A stretch of DNA of 64,000 bases from Kudoa neothunni. Its lineage: Eukaryota; Animalia; Cnidaria. Made by a program: the position numbers and the translations under genes. Below the pieces are notes generated by a model. The model searched no databases. It saw only the letters and a program-made list of their open reading frames with translations, and was not told where the DNA came from. Positions 41,600 through 55,406 of the stretch are shown here, one piece after another. Each line of letters begins with the position of its first letter. The first letter of the stretch is position 1. The stretch lies in NCBI GenBank assembly GCA_964304625.1, contig OZ199838.1, positions 667,059 to 731,058 of the forward strand. Reading direction: 5' to 3'.

Positions 41600-43950
41600 A
41601 TAAAATATGTATGCTATTTTAGCAATCAATATCGATATCGATCAAAAGGCATAAGATAATGTCAGACTTTAATAGAAAACTGTCCGGTTCATGTATCCTT
41701 GAGTGTTAGTCCAGATGGACAAATACTTGAAGTGAAATACTTGAATTTGTATCGTAATCACGAAAGAAATGAAATTGTTTCAGTTCTATGCCACTACAGC
41801 TTAAATTGGAAAAGAATAAAGATTTAATATCAGAGTTAATTTCTTTGAGGGCCAACAAAAAAATAATGCAATCTACAATCCAAAAAGAGACCGGGAAATT
41901 AATTACATTGAAATCAATATATAATTCAAAAATATATATGTCGAATAAAATAAACGATATCAATTATATTTATCAATTGCTCAACGTTGATTATAATTAT
42001 GAAGTGAGAATATTGGCTGACGAAAACAATAAAGTTAATGCAATACTATTCCTGGATGATGAAATGAAGAAGGTTATTTCTTTTTTGCCAAAGCTACGTT
42101 TAGTTGATGCAACCCAAAACTTACTAGATTCACGGTAATTTTTACGAATATTATCTTGTCCTATTTTTATTAATTTTTATCTCCTTAAATCGTAGTGCTC
42201 CCCTGTATCTAACGGTTTCAGAAGATTCTATGGGTTTATCTCACGTAAGTAGTGCCTGCTTTACGTATGAGGGAAATGAAACCGTTATCAACTGATATAT
42301 CGATGAACTCATATCAGTTGTATCATGGATAAAACAAACAGTACTGTCCATTGTTGCTGATAAGGATTTAAAACTTTGTAAAGCTCGGAAAAATCATTTT
42401 CCTAATTCTGTATTTATTCTCTGTAAATTTCATGTAATAGAGACATTCCAGCGAGATTTGAAACTTGCTAAATACAATATAAAAAATGAAGTATAAGAAT
42501 CTATTTTAGATATTAGTAGAAAAATAATATTTTCGAAAACAAAGGACAATAAAATCATACTCGCTGAACTACACAATCACAAATACGAAGATTTTAACGC
42601 TTATTTCAGAAATAATTGGGACCCAATTCGTTCACAATGGATTTTTTTTTGAGTGATGCAAGGTATTATTACGACAACCTAACAAACAATAGATTAGAAT
42701 GCCTCAACTCCAACTTAAAGACCACCATTAAAAAATTTTCTAGATAAAATGAATTCTTGGAGAAATTTTACATCGTATTAAATTCTCTAAGAACAGAGAG
42801 GACATGTCATATTGTGACATAACTGTCAAAATCGATACATTTAAATATTGACACCGAGGTAGAAAGAAATTACTGCGATTTTTTGACGTTATTTTCTTTT
42901 AAATCAATAACCAAAAAAATTAAAAAAAGGGGAATAAATTTAATGTGGAAATAGAGTATGACTCCACTTCAAATTCTTGTACGTGCTCCTTCTATCGTCC
43001 TTACCATTTGCCTTGCCAACACATATTCGCGCTAAGATGTAAATTATTGATTCCCATGTTCGAACCCCAATTGTGTCATTTCAGATGGAGCAAGATCATA
43101 GTTCAAATTTTATTATAGAAAATACCAACATTAATATAATATGAAACAACTTAACAGGATCTGTAATAAAAAAGAAGAATTCGGAAAACCTCTCAACTTT
43201 TTCCAAGCGAATGAAAACCGCTAATGTGTAATGTGTATACAGCGAAATTAGCAACAATTACTGCTAAGTATTGTGGTGAATATTTCAACTGTTGTGTGGA
43301 ATGTTTTCGAATCTCAGAAAACATAATTAAAAGCCATAACCTAGCCGGTTTAAAGAAATTAATAATTATACATAATTATCTGTGTAGCGCGAGAGAAACA
43401 CCAGTCTCAATTATACCATCATCCACCGTGCGTACTCATCGCTGACGTGGCTTCGCCACAATCTGCCAACATACTGATTATTTTTAGAGTTAGCAAAGAT
43501 TCTAGATTTATCCACAGAAGAATGCAATGTAGATATGGATATAGTTGAATCACCATTCATTTTTAAGAGTGATAACTCTTTATAATTATTTATAGATATT
43601 AATTATAATAAATTGGCTGATAATGCAAATGTCACATAGTGTTTATCTGAAAGCAACCAGCCCAAAACATGTGTAGTCTCCATACCAACAATCAAACTAA
43701 AGGAAACTCCCAAATCATCGCAGCCCCAAAATGACTCAACTGGTGACAAGTCTATAGAATGTTTGGGAATAAAAGGTTTGCATCTTCTTTTATTCTAGTA
43801 ATTATTATTTAGATCTTATATTGCCCAAAAAAGTAAAAGCAGTTGTAAGATCCAGAGGATACGAATTAACCGCTCTTAAATGTTCAAGAAAACGATCAAA
43901 CAATTGAATATTTATCAAAATAAATAAAACAACAAAATTAACTTCAGATT
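41600..43950 (+). mobile_element. Degenerate MULE transposase with SWIM zinc finger and spliceosomal intron(s)
   Basis: LVDATQNLLDSR|APLYLTVSEDSMG is joined across the GT-AG intron 42135-42195. Downstream come IVADKDL, FPNSVFILCKFHV, YFRNNW, TNNRLECLN and the SWIM motif CTCSFYRPYHLPCQH (~42978-43025). Several stops and frameshifts. Confidence 0.85.
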
Positions 43951-45511
43951 ATCTACTCTAAAATAAATATGTTGATTACATATCAATGCTTACTCTATTC
44001 GCAATCCAATTACATGATATTATTAACTAAAACTTTCTTCTATACTTTAAAGGAACTTCTTTTATTTCAAAAAACATTAATATTATCACATTTAAATTTT
44101 AAAATGCGCCTTGGAATCTTATATGGTTGCATTAAATGTGGAAAATACCAAAATCTAAACTCATAGGTATAATATTAATATTCAATATTTTTTATCATAA
44201 GTTTCAAATTTTAGAGGAAGAAATGTTTTTAATATTATTAGAAACGAACTAACATGAAATTTTGAACGATTGCAGAGAAATTCGTTAGTGTGTCATTAGT
44301 CAGTCTCGAGAAGTTATTATACGCTAGCTTGTCATTAGCCACCGCCTTTTCTATTATAGAAACCACGAATTGTATATTCTATACAAACAATAAATACTCA
44401 ATGGTAGGGATTTTTTAACAAAAATAAAAAAATTTATTTATTGAAGGAAATAAAGGCAGTCCAACTATTTACCATAGTGGAGTTTTCAATAAATATCATA
44501 TTATATTAATATATAAGTGTGAAATTAATGTTGAGGCTATTTGTAATATCTAATCGGTAAGTGTGACATAAACTCTTCAGTTTTAGCGATTCTGTAATTA
44601 TATAAAATAAAATAAAATTTTTTCAATTTTAAATTATATATTCCAATGAATCTTATGAAAGATATTTTTATATATTCAGAGTATGATACTTTTTAAAGAA
44701 TGTTTCTTAAATTATTAATAAAATTAAATTCATCATTCTTAATCATAAAAATTTCATATATCTTTTTTAATTTTTATGAGTGATGAATTTATCACTTAAA
44801 TTAGGAATCAAATATGATTCAATTAAGTTCAATAACGTGAATTCTTTTAATGAACTTGTTTAATTTCTATCAATAATGGGCAACATTAAATAATAAAATT
44901 AGGTTAGCTGATCATTATATCAAGAGTACAATGTCCAAAGCAATAGTGAAAACTGAATAATCGTGCTCATTTACACTTCGAATGTGTAGAATATTGATAA
45001 TAATTTTTATTTATAATAAAAAATTGTCAAATTTTACTATTCAATAAAAACTTATTATGAGAGTCAGCAATTACGAATATTCGTGAGGTCTCGAGAGTAC
45101 AATTTATTGATACAGCATTCAAAAAAAATTTAAAAAAAATTATTATGTTTTAATCAATGCTTAAGTAATAATAATAAAAAATAATTAAATTCTTTTTACA
45201 TAGAGTTAAAAGTGAACTCTTTAACCGTCAATAGTTGCGTAAAATATAGAGTCCATTATATTTTAATTGCTCTCTGTAATATTTAATATATATTTTCATG
45301 TGTGATATATAAAAGATTATGATTAATGACTCCTAGATAAATTCTAATATATATTGTTATTAGATTTATATTTGATTGATTGATTCAATATTATATCTAA
45401 ATATAACATAATCGATACATTTTTATATATAACACTAAATATTATAAAAGATTAATCCGTTTTAATTGATAAATATATAATTCTGCTCGATTAATATTCG
45501 AAATCGGAAAA

Positions 45512-46573
45512 ATGATGTCTCTAGCTTTATCCAAAATAATATATTTTATTTCGGGTAACATGAAATGGATTAATATTGTGGAATAATTCTATATAATTGC
45601 TTTAGCCGTTATTTTGTGCGTTAATACTGGCAATGGAATTAAAAATGATGCTTCCAAAATAATTATGAGCAAAAATTCCACAAAAAGTTTAGTGAAAGAA
45701 TTACAAATACAAATTTACCCTGGTTTTCAGAATGGTCACGTTGTTCAGGTATTTTTAACTTTAGTATTCTATTTCGTATAACAAAAATTATAGTGGGTGA
45801 GAAATTACTTGGCAAGTCTACCATTTGAAAATTTAATTGTGAAAATTTTAAATAAAAAATTGATTTGCAAATTGTTGGCCTCATGCTCGGAGACTGATGG
45901 GCGTATTTTAATAAGATAAAATTTTTTACTAATTATCTATAGTTTTAGAATTCAAGGAAAAACGCAAAGCTTGCTTGCCTTGTTTAGTATTTCCAAATAT
46001 ATAATGTATATGTCCTTATGTTCTATAGATTAAGGGTCATACAGCTAGAATGCTCACATCCGCTGAAATTAATAATCCAAACAGTGCAAGAGCCTTTTCA
46101 TTCAAAACCATCGTATACAACTTATGACGCTTTTAATTAGTAAACTTGCAATTACATAAGATTCCCGGATTTGAGAGAGAATATTTTAATATATTTTCTC
46201 ATCATATGCCCACTACCTTTTGTTACCTACAAAAGTCGTGTCCCAAAGAGTATGTAGACCATTTAAAACACGGATTTCATAGTTATTGTAGGATATTGGG
46301 TATTCAAGATCAGGTTTATTTGCATTTCATGGACATAAATATAGAAAAGTACTTGAATAATTGTATATAATAATTATATTACGATTTAGTGGATCAAATG
46401 GAGATACAACAAAAAGTACTTGAAGCATTATAAAATTTTTATGAAATTGATTAGGCGCAAATTACACTGAATCAAAGAATTTACTTTCTCCATGGTTTTC
46501 TGAAGTTTGGTTTGAAAATTTCGAAACCATCAAACTTAATGATATTGTCAAATTGATTAATAACTATTATTGA
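45512..46573 (+). CDS. Uncharacterised secreted Cys-patterned protein, paralog B (237 aa, 9 exons)
   Basis: Exons 45512-45554, 45606-45748, 45794-45902, 45943-45986, 46029-46112, 46161-46249, 46292-46348, 46390-46415 and 46455-46573; introns 39-51 nt. Open frame: MMSLALSKIIYFISAVILCVNTG...LICKLLASC...CLPCLIKGHTAR...MPTTFCYLQKSCP...NYTESKNLLSPWFSEVWFE...LINNYY*. Confidence 0.85.
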
Positions 46574-47701
46574 AACATAAAAACAGTCGAAAAAATAATA
46601 ATCTTATTCGGTCGATATACTAACGATTAATCAGTCTTTTCTATGTGTGTTTTCGTCAAAATAGCAGGTGGAATTAGTCAACAAAAAATAAAACTTAAAA
46701 TATGATCACAGCATTAGGTAACTGGCAAAAATTAAAATTTACGGGATAACGGTGTGTTTTTTTATTATATACTAAACAACGCTTATTTAAACCTTTCATA
46801 TTTAATTTTGGTTAAAAGGTTAGATAAAATTAAAAAAACACAGCTCAATTCTATTTATTTCGAATATTTAATCCAAAGAAGTTTTAAATGTTTTCTTGTA
46901 ATTTGAATCTTTTAAATGGTCAACATAAATAATTCAATCAAATTTCGATTTTTAAACTTTTGCATTTAAAGATTTATAATAAACTCGTATTAAAAATGTA
47001 GTATGTTTTTGTGCGTAAACTTATAACATTTCACAAAATAATTGTAAATAAACGTAAATTTTTTAATTTTAAATTATTTTTAATGATTGAGATATTAATT
47101 TATAAAGTTATACAAGGATAATTGCTCTGTATTACCTAATAATTCATTATTGCCAATATATTATAATTATATTATGTATCTATTTCGATAAAAAAATTTT
47201 AAAACCTAAAATTGTATCTATTGTGTCTCATTCTACAAGCTTTGTGTTTTTAAGATAGAGAATAATTCTAAAAATGCCAAGTTGACGCCAAAAATGATGC
47301 GCATGCACAAAATAATTGATTGATGTATGCAAAATCATTATATTAAGCTGTTGTTTACCAATCGAATCCTGAAACAATTTTTCAGTACATGTTAAAGACA
47401 ACATGGAATTTTTATCTAGATGTTAGTCATATGAATAAGATTTTTAAATAATTTTCATTTTTACCTCTAATTTTATGTAAACTACCGATATTTTTTTGAG
47501 AATTACAATTTTTGAACTCGTTATAACTAATCATCATAACATAATATGTAATCTTCAATCCCCACACCATAATTTTGGGAATGAAAGTCTCAACGATTTA
47601 TAGTGCAGTCAGTGAACGATTTAACGTAATCTCCTCGGTCCAAACAAAAGGTGTGTAAAGTTGGCTACGGACGAATTTGCGAGCGTATCATTCAATCATC
47701 A

Positions 47702-49400
47702 TTAATCCTCCGGGGCGTGGGGGGGGGGACTTTCAGACCCCACGTGGTTTTAATATCGCTGTAATATTTTTTTACAAAAATTATAGAGATTTAACAGATA
47801 TGTATTTTGAAAATTTTTCACATTGTGATAGCACTGATACATTTACGTCGGATTCGGAGACATACAGTTTTGACCCCTAGTTGGATAACATACTATCAGA
47901 AAACAATGATATATCTGATTCTGAAATGTCAAAAGACATTAGCGATGATGAATTGATTGTTGACTGTTCAAATATTAATAAGTAGACATAACATGGAAAG
48001 AATTATGAATGTTCGCCTAATCCAGTCGGTTTGTTTGGCAAATAAAGAAAACATGATATTATTCAAGAAAAACATCAAATCAATCTTCCTGATAATGTTA
48101 ATACGGAGTTTAAGATGTGGAGCTTATTTATTCCAAACGAAATACTGAACGGCATACTACATTTTACAAATGACCACCTAAAAAAACTAATTTCAAACGA
48201 AAAAAAGATTGCATTGAATTTGATTTATGTGAATTAAAAGCGTTTATAGGTTTACAGTGTTTTCTTGGCGTAAAAAGCTAATTTAACCATTATGAATGAA
48301 CTCTGGGCAGATGATATCTTTGGATATCCCATATGCAAAAAAGTATTCGGCCAACATGGACTTAAGTTATTAAAACGTTGTCTACGTTTTACGAATGATT
48401 CGTCAATATCTTTGAAGTCCTCTAATGATGGATTATTTAAAATTAGAGATGTTAATAGCCGCATAAAATCTAATTTCTTAAAATATTATACTCCAACCGA
48501 ATATTTAACATTAGTCGAAATGCTTCGAGCGTTCAGAAGCAACTGTATTTTTAAGCAATACATGCCTCTAAAACCCGATAAATGTGGCATAAAAATCTTT
48601 AATATGGCTGATGCAAAAACATTTTATAGCTTAAATATTGAGGTATACTTAGTTTCTCAAAATGTTGACATTCATAAAATTGACAACTCACCTAATGTTT
48701 AGTATTGCGGTTGGTAGAATCGATTTTAGGTTCTAGTAGAAACGTTTCGGTAGATAATTGGTTTACCTCAGTTCCTATCTTCAGAGAATTATTCAAACGT
48801 GATATCACTGCATGTGGTACTATTAGAAAAAATAAAAGGGAGATTCTTTCGGAATTTCTATCATTGAAGACAAAATAGGTATACACATCCATGTTTGGCT
48901 TAACCAAAGATTTTACATTGCTGTTATACACTTCGAAAAAAAAATAAATCTCTCATATTATTGAGTTCTTTTCACCGTAAACCAATAATCGATTCAAATC
49001 ATCTCAAGAAATTTCCAGAAATGATTCCATTTTATAATTCTACCAAGGGAGGTGTAGACACGATAAAACCAAACGCGCGCCAATTATTCTACCTATCGAA
49101 CTACCGGAAGGTGGCTAGCTGTAATATTTCATGCGCTCCTAGATGTAGTTTCAATAAATTCATATGTAATTTATTGTTTAAATACGAAGAAGAGAATTCT
49201 TAAAATCGTTAGCATTACAATTGCAAGAGCAACAAATGAATCGCAAAAGTACAAATAAATTTATGTATTAATAACATTAGTGTAGATGAGGCAAAAATAA
49301 AAGAATGTGACCAAATATCTACTGCTGCAGATAGAAGATGTCATAAATGTGTTAGGCAAAATGATCGTAAAACGCAATCAAAATACAACGTTTTTTTTAT
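47702..49400 (+). mobile_element. Degenerate piggyBac element
   Basis: TTAA-TCCT left end with a GGGACTTTCAGACCCC palindrome and an acidic N-terminus. Motifs VEMLRAFRSNCIFKQYMPLKPDKCGIK, NVSVDNWFTS, GTIRKNKREI, YNSTKGGVDT and Cys-rich RRCHKCVRQNDRK. Multiple frameshifts. Confidence 0.9.
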
Positions 49401-50587
49401 ATTTTTTATTTCGTATATACAATATACAATATTAGCGCGAACCGCTTAGTGTTTCTTAGGGAAGATTTCGCCTAGAGACGTTTTGTAATAACATTCAAAA
49501 AATATATTGAATGTTCAAATTAACTCATAGAAGCAAAATAACTAAAAATTTTTAAGCATCATACTTTACTTCAATGAAATGATCATAATTTAATGTTTGT
49601 AATCCAAATCGTTAGTGTTCCAACCCCGGCGTTTAATTAAAAATTTCGTCGCCCGGCAACAACGCTAAATAATTTAAGATCCGCGTCATTTTTTTCTACA
49701 TTACCGAATTATTTAAATTACCTTAAAATGATATCTAAAATGTTATTTTTTTAATTCGGGGATTTTTAAAAGCCGATTGTGGCCCCGCTCGGGAACTGTG
49801 TGCATCACCAACTTTCCAAGAGATAAAAAAAATAGAAAAACTAATAGAGATAGAAGAAAACGTTTGAAAATTAATTGATATTGCTAAGATTAGCATCGTT
49901 AGGCTCGGCGTAAACATTGGTGCACTTCTCTCAAACAAACAGCTACAAACGTTTCAATATCAACATAAATAATTTTTAAAATTGGAAGGAGTAAGATTAC
50001 CACCATCTGAATTGAATTTAATCACTTAAAGTTCAACATAGCAGACGATTTCAATAAAATCTACGGACATGATGCTTGTATTATAAAACTTCAATCTATC
50101 TGATTATAGAATTCCTTAATAAATCGCTATTAATGATGCAAAAATAGACTTTTCTCATATTTTAAACCATTAATATAACTTATAAAATATATTTTTCAAA
50201 TCATATACGTTAAAACTCCCGATAAAAGAAGTGTATATGCGCAAAACCCCAAACATACACGCCAACATTATATAAAAAGCTAGAATATATCGCTGAATTT
50301 AAATTTGATAGAGCATATAAGGAGGAAAGTTTACTCCAACCAAACGTCACCATGACATAGGCTGATGCTAATCCTACGTTTGAACTCGTCTAATCCGCTT
50401 AACAAACTTCAAATAGACAAAATCACCATTTCTAAACACTTCTGGAAATATTTGGCATTGTAAAAGCGATTAAAATATTTTTTGAAAAGTGATGATTTTT
50501 AAAAATTTTCATTAATGCCTCTCTGTAAGGAAAAAGTTTTAGTCACATATGTGCACTTGTGGATAGACACACTGACAGACAAAGGAT

Positions 50588-50607
50588 TATATATATATAT
50601 ATATATA
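50588..50607. repeat. (TA)n microsatellite
   Basis: Directly visible. Confidence 0.9.
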
Positions 50608-50789
50608 ATGGACCCTGTTGAATAATTAAACAATTAACGTGTCGAAACGAATTCAAACTCTCATAAGGCCAATATTCGCCGGAATTAATCCGTTACGCGC
50701 TTCATTTTTACTCATTCAAAAATTGAGTAGTTATTACTTAAAAGCGCAGTAATAAGTCATATATAATATGTATTTTTAAAAAAATAATT

Positions 50790-52035
50790 GTCTAATCCAA
50801 TTTCCAATTATAAGTTCGTGCAATCGCCTCTAAATAGAAAATATCATGATATCTATGGTAATTCTAACAAATAATTTTTATTTATTTATGTTCGGATTAT
50901 TATAACATTTGAACTGTTCGAAATTAGAAAGGAAATGCCCACGAAATATTTCGGCAGAGTTGGAAGTCATTTTAATATCTTCAGTGACCCTTTCTAAAGC
51001 ATTTCAAGACTCCACAGAATAATTTAGGTTTAAAATAAAATTTTTTCGATGTACTCCATAAACAGTTCAATGTTGTCTACATTGTTGAAAGTTTTTGATA
51101 TTTGTTTCAGTGTATTGAATTCATCTCGTATTTGATTCGATGGAACAAAAGCAAATGATGTGACACACTTTACAAACAATTTGAAGTTGAAGTTACTCTC
51201 ATAATCTTTTGAGCAACCCAGTCTTTGAATTATCCTGTATACACATTGGCCAAAGTGGAATAGACAAAAACGAACGGAATGTTTTGATGCTTTTTAAAAG
51301 CATTATAGGTGGCCATTTTAAAGTCTAAAATGACTTTTTTCTGAGGTTCGATCTTGCCCTTTTTATGGAGAATTGAAAACACCTTTACATAACTTTTTTG
51401 TAGCTTGTCAGTTATTAAGACATAGACAAGCGGGAAAACTTGTTTGAACACGTTCCCATGAATTGTTTACAACTGATAAACCCCTTTGGAACCACTCTGA
51501 AGGTGCCGTCGGACACCAATTAACTGTTGTGTCGTTTTTCACATGTATCAGCGACCTTTCTGTGGTAAATATGAAAATATGGTTTTTATCTTCAGAACTC
51601 GAAACATGAAGACAAAAAGTTTCGTTTCTCAGACTTTTTATTGAATTGTATCAATCGTCGATATATAGTGTGCTGATATTTTTCTTTTGCGAATTATTTG
51701 GATCCTTTTATACATGTTGTTTTTGGAAATAATAAGCAAGTTAATGATATTTTTCTCATTGGACGTGGCACTATACACTTAGTTTCTGAGATAATCAGTT
51801 TTTTCAGCAATATCTTTCACTTTTTGTTCAAAATTTTTTCTTTCTCAGTAACTACCTGATTATGAAATCCTAATTCTTATATTGATTCCATGTAGATCGA
51901 GAAAAACGCTCTTAGTCTCACCTTACATTTACGTATGTAACATCTCCAATACTGCCATTTCACATTTTTATAATCATTCGCGTAAAATAAATAATTTAAT
52001 ATACCAATCTTTGTTTAATCTGGCTTTAAACAATT
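50790..52035 (-). mobile_element. Degenerate FLYWCH-MULE transposase
   Basis: N-terminal QYWRCYIRKCKVRL (FLYWCH-like), then SDGTFRVVPK, VFPLVYVLITDKLQKSY, VILDFKMATYNAF, FHFGQCV and FAFVPSN. Frameshifted. Confidence 0.85.
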
Positions 52036-55000
52036 GAATATCTTAATTGCCACTCATTATTTGGTGACATATATGCGGGCGCGTTGGATTAAAACGGGCG
52101 AAAGTTTGTCATATCCAATTCGAATTTCAACTCTAAAATGAAAAATATATATTGTATAAGCGAATTTGAATATTACCATATTTATTAAAAAAATTGAATT
52201 AAGACAGAAAAATTTAATTTTTAGGTATTTCCTTCCATGCACTTTAAAGAAAGAATTATTTCTTGTTTCGTTCTGCGTTATGTAATTTTTGTTGTATTAT
52301 TACATTTTATAATCAACCGAATTTACGGGCGTTTGTAAAATTTATCAAAAATAATGATTAAAGAAAACTCAGGAGATTCTACGCTGTAAGTAGGAGAACT
52401 CTCAGATGGTCACTCACGATATTTTACAATATCCTTGAATTCGGCGCTGATTAAAACTCAATGATTTTGTACTTAGATAAATACGATGAATTTAAACTGA
52501 GATACAAAAACCGAAAAAGACGTCAATATTTCCAACTTTTAATCGATAAGATTATTGAAAAATAAGCTAACGAAAAAATTGATCCTCCATTTGCATTATC
52601 GCCTAAGTATGATAAGAGGGATGACAAGAAAAAATGAAATTATTCCCTTACTCAAAGCATGTAAAAATAAAGACAGTGTTCTTTTAATGCAGAAACAGTT
52701 GTGCAAACAACATTATTCCGTTCTCTTTTACAGTTGTAACTACTTATTTTTTTATCATATATCCAACGGTTTCGATGAGTTCTTCAATGTTGTCGTTGTT
52801 TTAATAATAATATAGTATTTTTTTATATTTCTGCAGATTCACTATAAATTAATATATTATATATTTATAAAAGTTTAAAAATAAATTTTTGTTGGCTTCT
52901 AGAATATTTAAAAAAATACTAACAAACAAAAAATCTCATTTTACGAACAGGGTCCATGGGACCCTGTTGATAGAACTTCAAAAAATCGAGGGTTGATTTC
53001 GAGGGTATAGGGATTATCTTCCTATTTGAAGAGATTAAGTCAATGTATTAACAAGATTGTGTGATTAGTTCACATTGGATTTTTGTAATCAATGTTAAGA
53101 GAAGTTTTCTTACCAAAATAAAGCAGTGCAGTGTTTTTTGTAATAAACAATTCTGTTTCTTTTAAAATATCAACTAAACTAAAATACTATCGTATCTGTG
53201 TACGAACTTGGGGTGGTGTCGCATACACAACCGGGAATAAAATCGTTTCTTAGAATTCGTCCTGTTATTCATTTCTTTTTCAAAATTATTTTCATTTTTG
53301 TTCTAATCGCAAAAAATTACATTAATTCGTTGAATTCAGCTCAAAAAGAATTAATCTATAATCTAGAAATAAATATTAAGTCGAGCACATTCGGATTCAT
53401 GTGGAATCTCTACATTGTTGATAAATATGTCAAAAAAGTTATTATTTCTCTATATTTTTAACAAATTCAAAGTTGTTTATTGTTCAATGTATTTTTTTAT
53501 TTTTATCTGTTAGTAATAAGTTTATAAATATTCAATCTTGTGACTTCGTATGTTTAAAACAAAACTTTCTGATTAATTCTATTCTAAATTAGAGCAAAGA
53601 TGTTACAACTTAACGATGGTATTTTTATATGTGGTTGGTGGCTTATAAATTTTTTTGGCCAGTTTATTCATGATTAAAAACATTTTATAACAATATTTAT
53701 TTCAAAATCCCAACATGAAAATATTTAAATTAATTTAATAAGTTATCTTTTTATTTTTTTACATTAAGTAACTAATAACAAAAATATATAATAATTGTTG
53801 TTAATGCCACCATAAACGCTCATTTTATAAACTACTGAAACACGTGACTATGCATATGGATTAAAGTATATCTAGAACTTAACAATTGTGTTTTATTTCA
53901 AATAAGCTTTGAATAAAATGGAACTTTATAAATCAAAAAATACGATTTTTATGCATTTTTTGATAAATAAACTATGTATATTTTAAGTCTAAAGCAATTT
54001 TTTATTTTTACCTCAACAATATAAAAATGGTGTACAGCATTCAAATAATCATTTATTTCTCCGTTTTTAAATATAAAGTGAAATATTACGTCATATTTTA
54101 TAATTCACCTCAATATTTTTATGCACTCGAATGTATCAAGCGTTTTAAACTAATATAATTAATATGCTGAGGTGTATTATCTATCAAAATGTTTGTAAAA
54201 CAAGTAACAACCGCAAAACGTTGGAATTATGAAATCTCTATCCATTTCCTCTGTAATCCTCACTTCAACACATAATCACTCTCGTGTTTAAACAATTTTT
54301 TCTCCATCCTCGAATTTATACAGGGCTACCACTAGTTGAGCAGTAGCGTAATATTTTTGTGCATACGTATGAATGTTAAATAACATAATTAAACAGCGAA
54401 AATCTTGGTAAATATATTAAATCATTTGTAAATGAAAATACAATCATTAAACAGTTTCGAGTAATCCCTTCGGGATCGCGGAAAAAGTGTGTGTGAAATT
54501 GTTTAACACCTAGATTTACTCACTTGTTAGCGCACGGATACATATAATGTACGAAGCTATTTAATATTGAGTTGCATATATTTAAGGAACAACTATTCTT
54601 ATTCTCGAAGAAATGTAATAATTAGTTATTTTGATCACAAAATTATGACCAGAATATTTTTTTTGAAGTATAGTTTTTTAATCGCGAACATGATCCATCG
54701 GGCCTTTATGTCAAATTTGGATATTTCTCTAAACTCCCTTTTATAGATTCGCATATGACAACAATAACCGGTTCATTTTCAATCATTTAAACCATTTTAT
54801 GGTTGTTTTTTAAAGAGGTCATAGGGTTGGAGAGGAAGTTTTATGTTTGGTGCTTTATAGTGACAGATTTTGCAGCTTTAGGGAGATATCATGGACGTAT
54901 TTTATTATTGTATGTTTCTATTTGATTTATTCTCACTTTACTTAATTCCTTTGAAAATTAAACAAAATTCATCTATTTTTTAAAAAACGTTCCCAAAAAG

Positions 55001-55406
55001 TGTGTAAACCTGGACAGCCAAGTGGTCGACAACCTGGAGATTTCACAACCTTATTTTATCATTAATATCAAAATTATTGAATAAAATCATTAAAAAATAT
55101 TATATATCGGTTGTAAATTTGATTATTCAAATTGTGTCGCTTTTTAAAAAGCGCGTAAACCCAAATGTGAGTCAGACCGATCACTGACTGTACAATATTC
55201 TAACATTAGCCACCCTTTATCGTTATATACGTCTGAATTTTTTCGTCAAGTGTATCTTATCCGAATATTATTTGCAAAAATACTATCATTTAGTTTATAT
55301 TTAACATGAATATTTAAAATATTGTTTATCAATTCGGGATGGCACTGATATCAGCACTTCCATCCTCTCCATGCAATCTGGTGTTCATAAAAAATATCTC
55401 TAGATA

